Source of the DNA: Lama guanicoe | Lineage: Eukaryota | Assembly: GCA_013239625.1 (NCBI GenBank) | Contig: MU053652.1 | Location: 4,329,902-4,393,901, forward strand | Direction: 5' to 3' | DNA: 64,000 nt | In this document: in pieces, positions 30,004 to 43,224 of the stretch | Layout: each line of letters starts with the position of its first letter | Position numbering within the stretch: position 1 is the stretch's first letter | Made by a program: the position numbers and the translations under genes | Notes under the pieces: model-generated | What the model was told of the DNA's origin: nothing | Seen by the model: only the letters and a program-made list of their open reading frames with translations | Database searches by the model: none

Positions 30004-31719
30004 TAAGGAACCCAGTTTCAGAGTCCTGAACGGTTCCTTGAGGCCAACTATAACTTTGAAACCAACTCTGTTACATGCTCATGGAACCTAATTTAGGTAT
30101 ATTGCTACATTTTATTGTCAGGTGAAGGAGCTTATAGAAGGCCAGTAATTCATTATTGGGTTCTTGAAAACACATTTGTGTCTCTGTCACTGGGTTTGTA
30201 TATTACCAGAAATGAATACTAAGCATTGAGTTCAGCTATGTGGCTGACCAATCAGAAATCTGTTCGCTTGTGAAAGATGCCCATTTATCAGTTATATAGT
30301 ATTACAGGTTATTCAGAAAGTGTTAATTCACTTCTAGATAGTACTGTATGGTTCCTTGGCAGTAGATCTATTCAGAGCATTTGGAGGCAAATGCACATAA
30401 GACTAGCCCTCAATTTATACTTGGATTTGTTGGATTTATTTATATCCTGTTTCAATTCTTGAACCAGGTTCTTTATCACCTGCACAGAGAAGGTTTTTTT
30501 TTAGGATATCTATTAATGTTCAAGTAATTTCAGTACTGGGCCGCATGATCATAAACCAGGTTTATATGTACTGCATGAAAGTTTTGAGCACAATTGTAGC
30601 ATGTAACATAGCCTGTAAATAATTTTTTAAATAAGGCGTATAATTTTTGATGTTAATATAAAAGCAGTTCAGAAAAGTATACAGTTGGACCTAGTTAAAG
30701 TGAGCTGACTTAAACCACAAGAAAATCCAGATATAAAAGTATCTTACAATTTTTAAGTCTATGTACATCTTAGTGTTTTCTCCTACGTTATATAACTGAT
30801 TGCAATTCTTAGCCTCAATTTCAGCAGTTTCATAAAAAAGAATTCACTTTTACTCTTAGACTCTAATATTACGGAGCCACAAGTTCTACCTAATCTTGGG
30901 ATTTGTGTATTCATCTTCAAAATTCAGTGATTAGTATATGTTGCCTTAGTGGGCATATGCTTTACTTGATCATTAGCTCAGTCAAATGGAAAACAGTCAC
31001 GAGTAGGGTAGATATGTAATAGAGTTCTAATGTTTTCTTTAGGGTTAAGACTCCAGAAAGTACTGTGAGCCCCTGGGGACCAACAAATTTATTCCAAACG
31101 TCATCTATACAAGAAATAAAATTTCCATACTTTCACTTTTTTGTAAACATACTTGGTTCCCAGGTAGCAAAAGACTTATTATGTAAATTTAACTTTACAA
31201 AAAATTCTGGATTTGTAAACATACAGTTAAGTGCCGGTGAGGAAAATGAGGGCGGCAAGTTTGGGCAGGAATAGAAACCAAGTAGCCATGTGCTTTTAAG
31301 TTTACTATATACCCACTGAATTGTTAAATAGTTTAAAAAGATTGTTTTCTGTAAACACCAACTTACAGCTGAGTTTTTGAAAAGAAACTCTCACATAAAT
31401 TTGGGTTGCCTATACCCTGTAAACTGATTAAAATTGTAACTAAGGATATAAGTCCAAAGAAAATTAGCATTCTCGACTACTTTCTTAATGATACCATTTT
31501 CAAAGTTCAACACAAATTCTTCAATAGAAGATAACATACCAGCTTTATCTCTTGACTTGAATATCACCTATTAAAACCCTTTCCTCTGTTCCCCCCTTTC
31601 TTTGTTAGATACCCATCTGTAGCAAATTTATTCAGTATTTTTCAACTAACTTTTTCAGATTCCTTTACTGGAAGATGATAAGATTCATTAATGTGCTGGC
31701 TCTGCTTTTTAGTTTAGTT

Positions 31720-33240
31720 TCTTTTTTGAGAAATAATTGACATACATCACTGTGTACGTCTAAAGCATATAGCATGATGGTTTGATTTACATATGTTGTG
31801 AAATGGGTACCACAGTGGGTTCAGCTAACATCCATCTTCTCATATGGGTACAATAAAAAGAAAAGAAAGAAAAAAGAAACATTTTTTTTCTTTTTGATGA
31901 GAACTCATGGGATTTACTTTCTTAATAATTTTCCTGTGTATCTGTGTTAGTATAGCAGTGTTAGCGGTTGTCATCATGTTGTACATTGTATCCCTAGCAC
32001 TTACTTATCTTATAACTGGAAGTTTGTACCTTTTGCCCACTTTCATCCAGTTTCCTGTCCCGCTACCTTTTGCTTCTGGTAATCACAAGTCTGATTTCTT
32101 TTTCTGAGTTTTGCATTTTTAGATTTCACATATTAATGAGATCACACAGTATTTGACTTTCTCTGTCCGACTTATTTCGCCTAGCGTAATGCCTTTAAGG
32201 TCCATCTGTTTTGTTGGAAATGGTAGGATTTCCTCGTTTTTTTATGGCTGAATGATAATAGTCAATGTATATGTATGTATCTGTATATATGTGTGTGTAT
32301 GTATGTGTGTGTGTATACCACAACTTCTTTATTCCTTAATCCATTGATGGACACTTAGGTTGTTTCTATGTCTTGGCTATTGTATTTTGCTACTGTAAAC
32401 ATGGGGGTGCAGACATCTTTTTGAGTTAATGTTTTCATGTCCCTTGGATATATCCCCAGCAGTAGAATCCTGGATGATATGGTAGTTTTATATTTAATTT
32501 TTTGAGGATCCTCCGTACTATTTTCCACAGTGAGTATCAATTTACAGTCCCACCAACAGTGTACAAGGGTCCCCTTTTCACCACACCCATGCCATTATTT
32601 GTTATCGCTTATTTTTTGGATTATGGTCATTCTAATAAACATGAGGCAGTATCTCATTGTAGTTCTAATTTTCATTTCCCTAATGATTAGTGATGTTGAG
32701 CATTTTTTTAATGTACCTGTTGCCTGTTTGTTTATCTTCTTTGGAGAAACATCTTTTCAGGTCCTTTGCCCATTTTTAAATTGGATTATTTGGGTGTTTT
32801 TTGCTAGACTTTTATGGGTTCTTTATATATTTTGGATATTAACCTCTTAATAAGATATGATTTGCAAGTATTTTTTCTTATTCCTTAGGTTGTTTTTTCA
32901 CTTTGTTGATGGTTTCTTTTGCTGTATAGAAGCTATTTAGTTTGATATAGTTTTACTTGTTTGTTTATTTTTGTTCCTTATGCTTTAAGTGTCATAGCCA
33001 AAAAGTCTTTACCAAGACCCCTGTCAGGGTGCTTTTAGGCCTTGTTTCTTCTTGGAGTTTCGTGGTTTCAGGTCTTACATTTAAGTCTTCAATCCATTTT
33101 GAGTTAGTTTTTGTGAGTGGTGGAAAGTATGGGCCCAGTTTCATTCTTTTACATATGAATATCCCAGCCCTATTTGTTAAAACAACTGTCTTTTCTACAT
33201 TGAGTATCTTTAGCCCCTTTGTCAACTATTAGTTGACAGC
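31720..33240 (-). mobile_element. L1 (L1MA-like) 3' part, antisense
   Basis: L1 3'UTR text plus degenerate ORF2 C-terminal peptides ([23 protein letters not shown]...CTPMF). Confidence 0.85.
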
Positions 33241-34226
33241 ATATAGTTTAATTTCTTATTAAACTCATTGGTTGTTTTTTGGATGATAGAACTTTGTCAA
33301 TTAAGAGTTCTTCTTGTTTGCCTCTGCTTGTTTTTGTCTGAGTGTTGTCTTCCTTGGGGGTACAGTGCTTTTTAAACATTTATAGTGGAATATTTACTTC
33401 TGCTCTAGTCTGTTGTGATCATAAATGAACAAAAGTGGAAAGTATGTGATGTAAAAAATTTAGATATAAAATAGCTGAAAACTGTGACCAAAGTATACAT
33501 CCTACTTTAAAAAGACATGAAAAATTAGAGCTTTCTCAAAGAAGAGCAGTTCAAATGAAAATAAGAACCCAGAGAAAGTCTCTAGAATTTTTATTTTTAA
33601 GTTTGAAGAGGAAAGGGCATGGGGGCAAGCAGTTTTTGTGCATATGAAAAATATAAAGAGATTATGTTCAGATGTAAATAGATTGTTTTAAAGAGCATGA
33701 AGAGTGAGCAACAAAAGAATTTTCTAACCCAAGGAACAGTCAGGTATCACAAAGGAACTGACAGGATATGACTTCGACTGAGAGAGGTGACCTTAAAGTC
33801 CTTAAGATTCTGGATTCATATTTTGAAATGTTTACTTTCTATTTGTCCCTACTCTTTGTGGTACCTGAACCTTTGCTTTGGATTTCCTTTGATCTTTAAG
33901 CTCAAGAGTTTTCTGGCAGCTGTTTAATTTTTAAAATTTTACAGAAGTTTAATGACAGGAGCAGCACAATAGCCTCATCCAGAAGAGACTGCACTTCCAA
34001 GGTAGAAGGGCTCTGTCTGAAATGATGCCTGCTGCCCCCTTGCAGGGAAGTCTAAGCACGCCTTTGTAGACAATTCCAACCCTCAGTGGGTTAGCAGGCC
34101 TAAAGAAAGTATTTTTCTTAACTCCTTTACTTGCTTCCAAGTCTGGGGAGCTAATGCTACTAAGGAAAACCTTTGGGTTTTTGTTATTAAGTATAGGGTC
34201 TCAGCTGAGTAAGCTGTGACTTCTAA

Positions 34227-34373
<147 letters not shown>

Positions 34374-35309
34374 TGAGTGTTGCTGGTGTTTTTTGTTTTT
34401 TAAAGGAATGTGAACAGCAGCTGGGATGTGTAGAAAAAATATCTTTGTTATACCACCTTAGTTACAGATCTACTCAGGAGTATGTTTCTTGTATGCCTTT
34501 GTAAATTCAAAGTTTATGTCTGTTTAGTCTTGAGTTGCACAAATTGGCATTGGAAACTAATCTGAGGGGAAATACCACTATGCTGTATATGTGTGCATCC
34601 GTTTTGGGGTATGTATGCATTAACTGGTGTAAGATCCTAATTGGTAAGTGGAAGCATTATTTCTTCCAAAAGAAAAATGCATTGAGCAGCCCGCTACCCT
34701 TCGAGAAATCTGTCTGTATCCTTTTGAAGTCCTCCTCAGTTCTCACCCATATTCAGGGGTCAAAAATGAAGGTGCCTGAATAGGTGAAGCATTGGTTATA
34801 AAATACTATAGAGTGATAGACTGCAGTCTGTATTAAGAATTAAGAAATTTCTTCCATGCCTAAAAATATTTAAATTCTGATTTAATGCAGGCTAAACAAA
34901 ACATCTCTGTGGGATGCATTAGGCCCATGAGCCACTTGCTTACAGCTTAGTTAAAATGTTAAGTGTACATGAGTGTTTTTGTTTTTACTGTGAACATAAA
35001 AAACATTTAAAATATAGCTGCATAGTCTTCCTAATTACTGTTTTATAGCTATGAGGTGTTGCTTGATTCCTTACAGTGCCTTTATTCATTTTCATTTGTT
35101 CAGTATTATGGATAATATAAAAAGTCTAGCCCTTTCCTTCTTTTGACTGTTTTCCTTAAAATACAATCACTGAATCAAAACTTATGAAACTTTAATTATG
35201 ATCCTTGACAATATTAACAATAGCAACTTAAATTGGGTTTTATAACTATGTATTACCTTGCCTCATATTCATTTTTATATCTAGAGTTTTTAGAATTTTG
35301 ACTAAATTT

Positions 35310-35407
35310 AATTTTTTTTGAAGTACAGTTACAATGTGTCGATTTCTGATGTACAGCATGATGTCCTGGTCATGTATATACATACATATATTTATTTTCA
35401 TATTCTT
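35310..35407 (-). mobile_element. 98-bp L1 3'-terminal insertion
   Basis: Perfect 17-bp TSD GAATTTTGACTAAATTT at 35293-35309 and 35408-35424; T-tail then L1 3'-end text. Confidence 0.8.
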
Positions 35408-35624
35408 GAATTTTGACTAAATTTTAGGTGGTGACTTACATTCATACAGTTATGGAACAATTTATAGGTCCAAAAACGAGTTATTGCAGTTAGGTATTGA
35501 AAATAGTGGAAAAAATAAAAAGAAAATATTCTAATTGCCCATCAGTAGAGAATAGTTAAGGAGGCACTAAAAAAGAAGCAGGGAAAAATGACAGTATCAT
35601 ATAACCCAACTTGTACTTCAAATT

Positions 35625-36490
35625 TTTTTTATCTTCAATTTTGGTAAAATACACACAAAATTTACCATCTTAACCATTTTTAAGTGTACTCAGTAGTATG
35701 AAGTACATTCACATTGTTGTGTGATATATCTCCAGAACTTTTTCCTCTTGCAAAACTGAAAGTATATTCATTAAACAACAACTCCCCATTTCCTCCTCCC
35801 CCTAGCCCCTGGCAACCATCATTCTACTTTCTGTTTCTATTAAGTTCAAATCCTTAAGGTACCTCATATAAGTGAAATCATACAGTATTTGTCCTTTTGT
35901 GACTCACTTAGCATAATGTCCTCAAGGTTCATCCATATTGTAGCAAGTATCAGAATTTCCTTCTCTTTTAAAGGCTGAAAAACGTTCCATTGCATATATA
36001 TGCTGTATCTTATTTATCCATTCATTCACTGATGAACATTTGGGTTGCTTCTGCCTCTTGGCTGTTGTGACTAATATGAGTGTACAAATATCTCTTCAAG
36101 ACCCTGCTTTCAATTTGTTTGGGTATATATCCAGAAGTGGAATTGCTGGATTATGTGGCAATTCTATGTTTAATTTTTTGTGAAACTGCAATACTGGCTT
36201 CTACGGCAGCTGTACCATTCTGCATTCCCACGAACAGTGCACAGGGTCCTAATTTCTCCAAGTCTATTTACTTTTGTTGCCTACGCGTTTGGTGTCATAT
36301 CTAAGAAATCACTACCAAATCTAATGTCATGAAACTTTTCCCCCGTTTTCTTCTGAGGGGTTTATAGTTTTGGGTCTTACAATTAGGTCTTTGATCCATT
36401 TTGAGTTAATTTTTGTATATGATGTATGCTAAGGGTCTGACTTCCTTCTTGAAAATCATTTGAATATATATATATGTATATGTATATATA

Positions 36491-36528
<38 letters not shown>

Positions 36529-36900
36529 GGATTTATTTCGAGTGGCTCTATTCTATCCCATTGGCCTGTGTATCTGTCTTTATTTCATTATCGTACTGTT
36601 TTTGATTATTATGGCCTCATAGTAAGTTTTGAAATTGGGAAATTGAGACCTCCAACTTTGTTCTTTTTCATGAGTATTTTGGCTATCTGGAGTCACTTGA
36701 GATTTTATATGAATTTTAGGGTAGATTTTTCTATTTCCATAGAAACATCATTAGGATTTTTGATCAGGGTTGCATTGATCACTTTGGATAGTATTGGCAT
36801 CTTAACAATATTAAGTTTTCCAATCTATGAACACAAGATGTCTTTCCACTTATTGGTATCTTTATAAAATGTTGCTGAAAGAAACTAGTTTAAGTATTGT
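35625..36900 (-). mobile_element. Old L1 (L1MA/MB-like) fragments, antisense, with internal (TA)n(TG)n(TA)n microsatellite near 36465-36528
   Basis: aaatttaccatcttaaccatttttaagtgtac...; ccagaagtggaattgctggat; aggtctttgatccattttgagttaatttttg. Confidence 0.8.
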
Positions 36901-37067
36901 TCGTTTTGATGGTGTTGTAAATGAACCAACTTGCACTTCTAAAAGCTGCTTTATTGTATATGATATATAAACATGCAGGTTACTTTATTATGCATAGTAA
37001 ATTTCTGGAAAGATATACAACGAGAACCAGGATGGGAGAGGGGGGAGACTTTCACTTTTCATTTCAT

Positions 37068-37480
37068 AACTTCATCTATGTTCCTGCAAATGGCATGATT
37101 TCGTTCTTTTTTATGGCTGAGTAGTAATCCAGTGTGGGGGGGTGTCTTACATTTTCTTTATCCAGTCATCTGTCAGTGGGTGTTTAGGTTGCTTCCATGT
37201 CTTGGCAATTATAAATTGTGCTGCTGTGAACATTGGGTGCATGTATCTTTTTGAATTAGAGTTTTCTCTGGATATATGCCCAGGAGTGGGGTTGCTAGAT
37301 CATATGGTAACTCTGTTTTTAGGTGTTTTTGTTTTTGTTTTGTTTTGTAAAGGACTCTCCATACTGTTTTCCACAGTGGCTGCACCAAATTGCATTCCCA
37401 CCAGCAGTATAGTAGGATCCCTTTTCTCCACACTCTAACCACTATGTGGTTGATACCTCATTATAGTTTTGATTTGCATT
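37068..37480 (-). mobile_element. L1 ORF2 C-terminal fragment
   Basis: Minus-strand peptide YCWWECNLVQPLWKTVWR...ELPYDLATPLLGIYP. Confidence 0.85.
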
Positions 37481-37533
37481 GAGCATGGTATACCTTGGTA
37501 TACCTTTATAATTAAAACCAGACCTAATTTCTT

Positions 37534-38009
37534 TTTATTTTTTTAACATTTTTTATTGATTTATAATCATTTTACAATGTTGTGTCAAATTCCAGTGTTC
37601 AGCACAATTTTTCAGTCATTCATGGACATATACACACTCATTGTCACATTTTTTTCTCTGTGATTTATCATAACAGTTTGTGTATATTTCCCTGTGCTAT
37701 ACAGTGTAATCTTGTTTATCTATTCTACAATTTTGAAATCCCAGTCTATCCCTTCCCACCCTCTACCCCCCTGGTAACCACAAGTCTGTATTCTCTGTCC
37801 ATGAGTCTTTAGATTCCACATATGAGCGATCTCATATGGTATTTTTCTTTCTCTTTCTGGCTTACTTCACTTAGAATGACATTCTCTAGGAGCATCCATG
37901 TTGCTGCAAATGGCGTTATGTTGTCGGTTTTTATGGCTGAGTAGTATTCCATTGTATAAATATACCACATCTTCTTTATCCAGTCACCTGTTGATGGACA
38001 TTTAGGCTG
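37534..38009 (-). mobile_element. 476-bp young L1 3' end, similar to the 3' end of the 19.8-23.0 kb copy
   Basis: Perfect 20-bp TSD AAAACCAGACCTAATTTCTT at 37514-37533 and 38010-38029; reverse complement resembles 22550-23040. Confidence 0.9.
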
Positions 38010-38369
38010 AAAACCAGACCTAATTTCTTAAAGGGAGAGAAAAATAAATGCTAACCCTTCTTTCTAAGAATTGATTTATTTTCACTCTCCATAATGGTTT
38101 ACTTTCTCATTCCCCAGAGTCTCCAATAATTTTGTTAATGTTTAAAATCCCAAACCTTTGAGCACCTTTTTTTTTTAAATACTGTGAATTTTCCTAGTAG
38201 AAGTAGCATTTCACCTACAAACTCTTACAAACTGTCTCAAGATAAAGAAGTATAACGGTTGCTTCTCTCTGCTTCTGTTTTGCTCTATTCCAGCATTGTT
38301 CATTAGAAAGGCAGGATCATGTTGGCTCTAGATCTAGATTAGAGCAAATGAGAGCCTAGGGAGAAGAAG

Positions 38370-38520
38370 GATGTTAGTTTGAATCTTGCCACTTACTGTT
38401 AACTTTGAACTTCAGCTTATCCATCTGTAAAATAGGGTTAGTAATACCTATCTCAGAGGGTTATTATGAGATACCAAGTACAAACTTAAAGATCTGGCAC
38501 ATAGGTGATACGTGAATGTT
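38370..38520 (+). mobile_element. MIR SINE
   Basis: tttgaatcttgccacttact...catctgtaaaatagggttagtaatacctatctcagagggttatt...ctggcacatagg. Confidence 0.7.
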
Positions 38521-41149
38521 TTTGCTTGGAAGTGAACTTGAAAGTGAACTTTCTCCTTGGAAAAGATCCTGCCAGAATGTCATTATGTACTTGCAGAACT
38601 AGCTGGAGCACATCTCCTTCAGCTCTAAGGCAACCACCCACACATTCTGGACTAAGTCTCCACCAAGCCCATATTTCCTCATCCATATGACAGGTAGAAA
38701 CATAGAGTAAGTCTGAAATAAAAGTAATGAACATTCCATAGTGTAAGGAAAATCTTGAGGCAAGGAAAGGAACCCAAATAATGCATTGCTGTGAACAAAA
38801 ATACCAGTGATCTTTGTCCTGTGATAAAGGAAAATGAGGTGTATTACCAATCTGGCCTACTTGATCTCTTACTGCTAAACAAGTTTTGCAGCTCCTCCTG
38901 TGGTAGGCTGTGACATAATGGTGGGAAATGAACAGAAGTAAGAGGTAATGTTGAGGTGCTAGAGAAAGGATTTAAAATTGCTCACCTCCTCTTAGTAATT
39001 CTCTTTCTGTAGTATGTATGTTGCCCTTGAACCTTCTGTTCTGTGCATGACTCAGTCTCCCTTTTGGTTTTAAGGTCCTGTTACTCCTGCCTCAACACGC
39101 TGCTTTGTTTGGCATCCTAGCAGGGAGGGTGAACTGGTTCAGTTTCATTTCAGCAAGTCCAAGCCTGTTTGTCAGATGGTACTGGTAATTAATTAATTAA
39201 TTCCCTGGCATTTTTAGTTGGCCGTTTTGAAGAAAGCTAGAATTTTTCATTCTAAAATATCATTCTTGCTTTCCAAACACCACTAATTATGTCTAGAAGA
39301 AACCCTGCCATCACTTCCCATTTCTCTATCTTGGTGTTTATTCCGTGAGTCTTATTACCTGCAAGAGGATCTCAAGGTCAAAAGACATGAGTAGGAAGTA
39401 TTGACACTAGAATAGGCCAGTGTGGGGGTGTCTTCTTGCTGAAGTCATTTCTTAGAGCTTGGTTATTCTCCATTATGCACGTTAAATAAAAAGAGTTGCA
39501 TTTCTCAGCACACCACTAAGATTACAGGGCTTGAGGAACAGTGACTATAAAATTATTCAGAAGTACAGTGGAAGCATTGAGATGGTGGGACTAGAAGCCA
39601 GAAAATAGAACCTACAAAAATAGTAGCAATTTTGAATGAATGAGTGAATGAATATATAAATAAATATAAAAACAACCAACCTAGAAATATTAAATGTGAG
39701 GAGGACTGAGGAAGAAAATAGTTCTAGCTTTTAAGGTTTATTTTTATTATTTTTTAAAATTCATTTCTTTGGGCTTAATCACCAACGACACTTAAGTTAA
39801 ACATTTGGGTGAAGCTCTTAATACCAAAGCAATTGCTGACAGAATTGGAGCAGAAGCTGAGCTGATTCGAGACACTGTGGCCCATCCCTAATTCCCCGTC
39901 TCACTACATTTCCCCTGCATTTTGGTTTTAATATTTTTTTCTCATGTGTCACAAATGACAGTAAGAATAGAGTCCTTACATCTCTTTCAGCTTAAACCAA
40001 GATCTCTGACTGAAGAAGGGTGGAATTGAAAAAAATGTATGGCGTTAGGATAGCAAAAGAATCTTGAGTCTCCAGCCTTATCCTGGGTTTAACTTTATCT
40101 TGTTGTCTTAGTCTCTTTTAATAGTAAACTAGACGGTGCCTTCTCTGTGGTTACTGTCTTCCTCTTTCATGACATTGGGAAACATGAGTGATAGAGGCTC
40201 ACCTCACCAAGACTGCTCCTTAATAATCAGTATTGATTTTGAAATAGACTAAGAAATGCAGTGATTTTATTGAGGCTTGTTAAATTCACCAAGAGCAAAT
40301 GGCAGAATTCCAATAAAACCAGAAGACCTTCTTTACTTTCATTGCATTTTTAGGCTAGAGGGAAACTATAAGAAAGCTTCTGTTAAATCAAGTACTAGAT
40401 CTAAATCAAGGTTCTTAATGATGTTTTAAAAGAGCTGAGGAAATCCAGATGCAGGCACTTCAGGGAAGAGCTCTCATTTCACCTTGTTTTATGTCCTTAG
40501 CTTTTAACCATTACAAGGAGGAGAGAGAGCTTTCTTCTGACATTGAATCACAGGCTCTAGGCTGTGGTCCCTGAGGTTTTCTGAGCCAAAGAGGGGACTA
40601 CAGAAGGATGAGCCTATTAGGAAGTGCTTTCTTTTCCACTGTTTTTAGCTTAGTCTCATATTTAGTTACCAAAAACTCAATTATGAAGATTGATACAAAA
40701 GAATGAAGATGACATCATCTGGTTTTTTGGTGACAATTTTAGACAGAGGAGGCCTTTTGGAGAAACAGGGTCAGGTGAATATTGGGCTATTCATACCATC
40801 TCAGTGCCTGCCTAAAGACCAAGACCTGCTTCCTCCTCCTCCCTTTCTTTGTGCTTAACACCTTTCATCTTTCCTCTCCTCCTCCCATAGGAGGAAACCT
40901 TGAGCAGCCTGCTCAACTAGAAAATCGATGACTGAGACTTAGTTGCTGGACTGGGCTTTATAAACAAAATTTGCTTTTAAAAGAGAATGAGGAAACCAGG
41001 GTACCTAAGTTAGCTCAGTTCGTAAAGTTAAAATGACCAGTCTTAGGTGAACACACTTGGTTTTTAACTTTGAGGATGCTTTCTTATATTTATGTCAAGG
41101 ACCTCAACCAAGTTTTATTGTTGTAGCAGCCTACATTTGCCAAATGCTA

Positions 41150-41335
41150 TTTTGTTCACTGTTATACGGAGTACTTTACATGTAGAAACTGATTTAATCC
41201 TCAGAGCATCATGAAGTAGATAATAGATGAGAAAACTAAGGCAGATTGGAAACTTGCCGAAAGACACAGTGAAACCAAGATTCAGCCCTAAGCAATTTTT
41301 CTCCAAAGCCCACTCTTTAAAGACCACACAGCTCG
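41150..41335 (-). mobile_element. MIR SINE
   Basis: atttaatcctca...agatgagaaaactaaggc...aacttgcc...aaccaagattcagccc. Confidence 0.6.
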
Positions 41336-41357
41336 TAATTATTCTCATATACAATAG

Positions 41358-41588
<231 letters not shown>

Positions 41589-42524
41589 CTCACACTCCTG
41601 TACTGTGCCTGTCACCCAGGTGAGTGGTGTATAGTTGCCTGTGTTTCCCTGGGCTGTCGGGAATCCTTGGTCATGGGCATGGGTTTTAATGCCCATCCTG
41701 GGACTAGTACTGTAGTTAGAGTCAGGGAAGAACTTAACAGTTTAATACTACTGAACAGCTGGGAAGTGCAGGGCCCTGATTTTCTTGGGCCAAGGCAGCC
41801 AAATAATTGTCAGCTTCTTTTGAATGCCATTTTCAACCCCATAAGAAAGTTACTGTTACAGAATATCTCACATACTAAAACATTCCTCCCCTCTTCTTAC
41901 AGGTACTTCTAGGTTGGTAAGTATGTATGGTAACAAACAGTTTTCAACCTGGCTGCTTCGGTGAAAACAGTGCTGATCTAAAGTGGACCATGATACATGG
42001 CTCTGCTCTCCTAAAATTGACCTTTCAGATTTAATGAATAAAGATGCTCGTTCTTGTCATTTTTGCGATTGGAACACTGAAACGCCAGGTTTTTGACCGA
42101 GGCAGGAGGTTTAAGAAAGGAGATAGCCTCTTTGTCTAAGCTCTGATCATCAGTTTTATCCATGTGCTTCCTGATTCTGAAGCAAAGCAAAAAGCTTAGC
42201 TGAGGAAGGAAAGGACTGGGTAGTAGGATATGGTGCCAATTCCTTGACTGAGAGAAGAAAGGAAACGCTTCTGTAAATCTACCCTTTGATGTCTTAAGCA
42301 GGATTTTTTCTCCCTGGAGGCAGTTGTCAATGAACATGCAGTCCTCTCACTGGTGGTTTCTGTGATTAAATGCACTTGTAGGTGAAGATGCTGTTCAGTA
42401 CCTCTTCACACCAGAAATTATTTCTAAACTTTAATGAATAGTATTATGACTTGGGATCCTCAAGTTTCGCAATGTGTGTAATATCTAACATTGATACACA
42501 TAGGGTGGTTTGTGCATAGCTGTG

Positions 42525-42790
42525 GATGTTCTTAGCTAACAGTTATGGAGCCCATACTGTGTGTCAGATACTGTTCTAAGTGCTTCATATTATGTGCAAA
42601 AAGCACATTATGTATTAACTATAAGATAGTCCTCGCACAGTTCTCTGGATTAGTTACTATTATTATTTCCATTTTACAAATTGAGATTCCACGATGTTAA
42701 TTTGCTTGGTAGCATAATCAGTAATTAATAGAACCACAATTCAAATATAGACATGCTGGTGCGAGAGTCCTCACTTTTAACCACTCTACT
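42525..42790 (-). mobile_element. MIR SINE
   Basis: tactgtgtgtcagatactgttctaagtgctt...tattatttccattttaca...tcacttttaaccact. Confidence 0.6.
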
Positions 42791-43224
42791 TCATACTTTT
42801 ACATAGTACCTTTTCCATAGTCTAAATCAGTGGTTTTTAAACTCTTTTTAGTAGGCAAAGCCTTCTTTTAAAATAAAATCTTGCATGAAACCCTAGTGTT
42901 TAAACAGACTTAAAATGGAGGTTTTCTGGTTGGCTTTGTAGTGCTCAGCCTGGACTCGCCACTTACTCTTTACCCCCACATATTATCCCTAGTTTCCAGA
43001 GTACACACAGAATTGGGAAAGCAGCGTGCACAGTATTTCATAGTAGTTCCTTTAAAATCACAAGTAAGAAAATACAACTTCTTTTTCTTCCCAGTGACTT
43101 CTCACGACAGAGGCCAGAATTAGGTACCTGAGCAAGTATAGAAACTTCTGCCTTGAGGTTGACTTTATAAAATGCTTGCTATCTCCTGGACCTCAGTTAC
43201 TGACTGTCTTCTCTCTTTTGTCAG

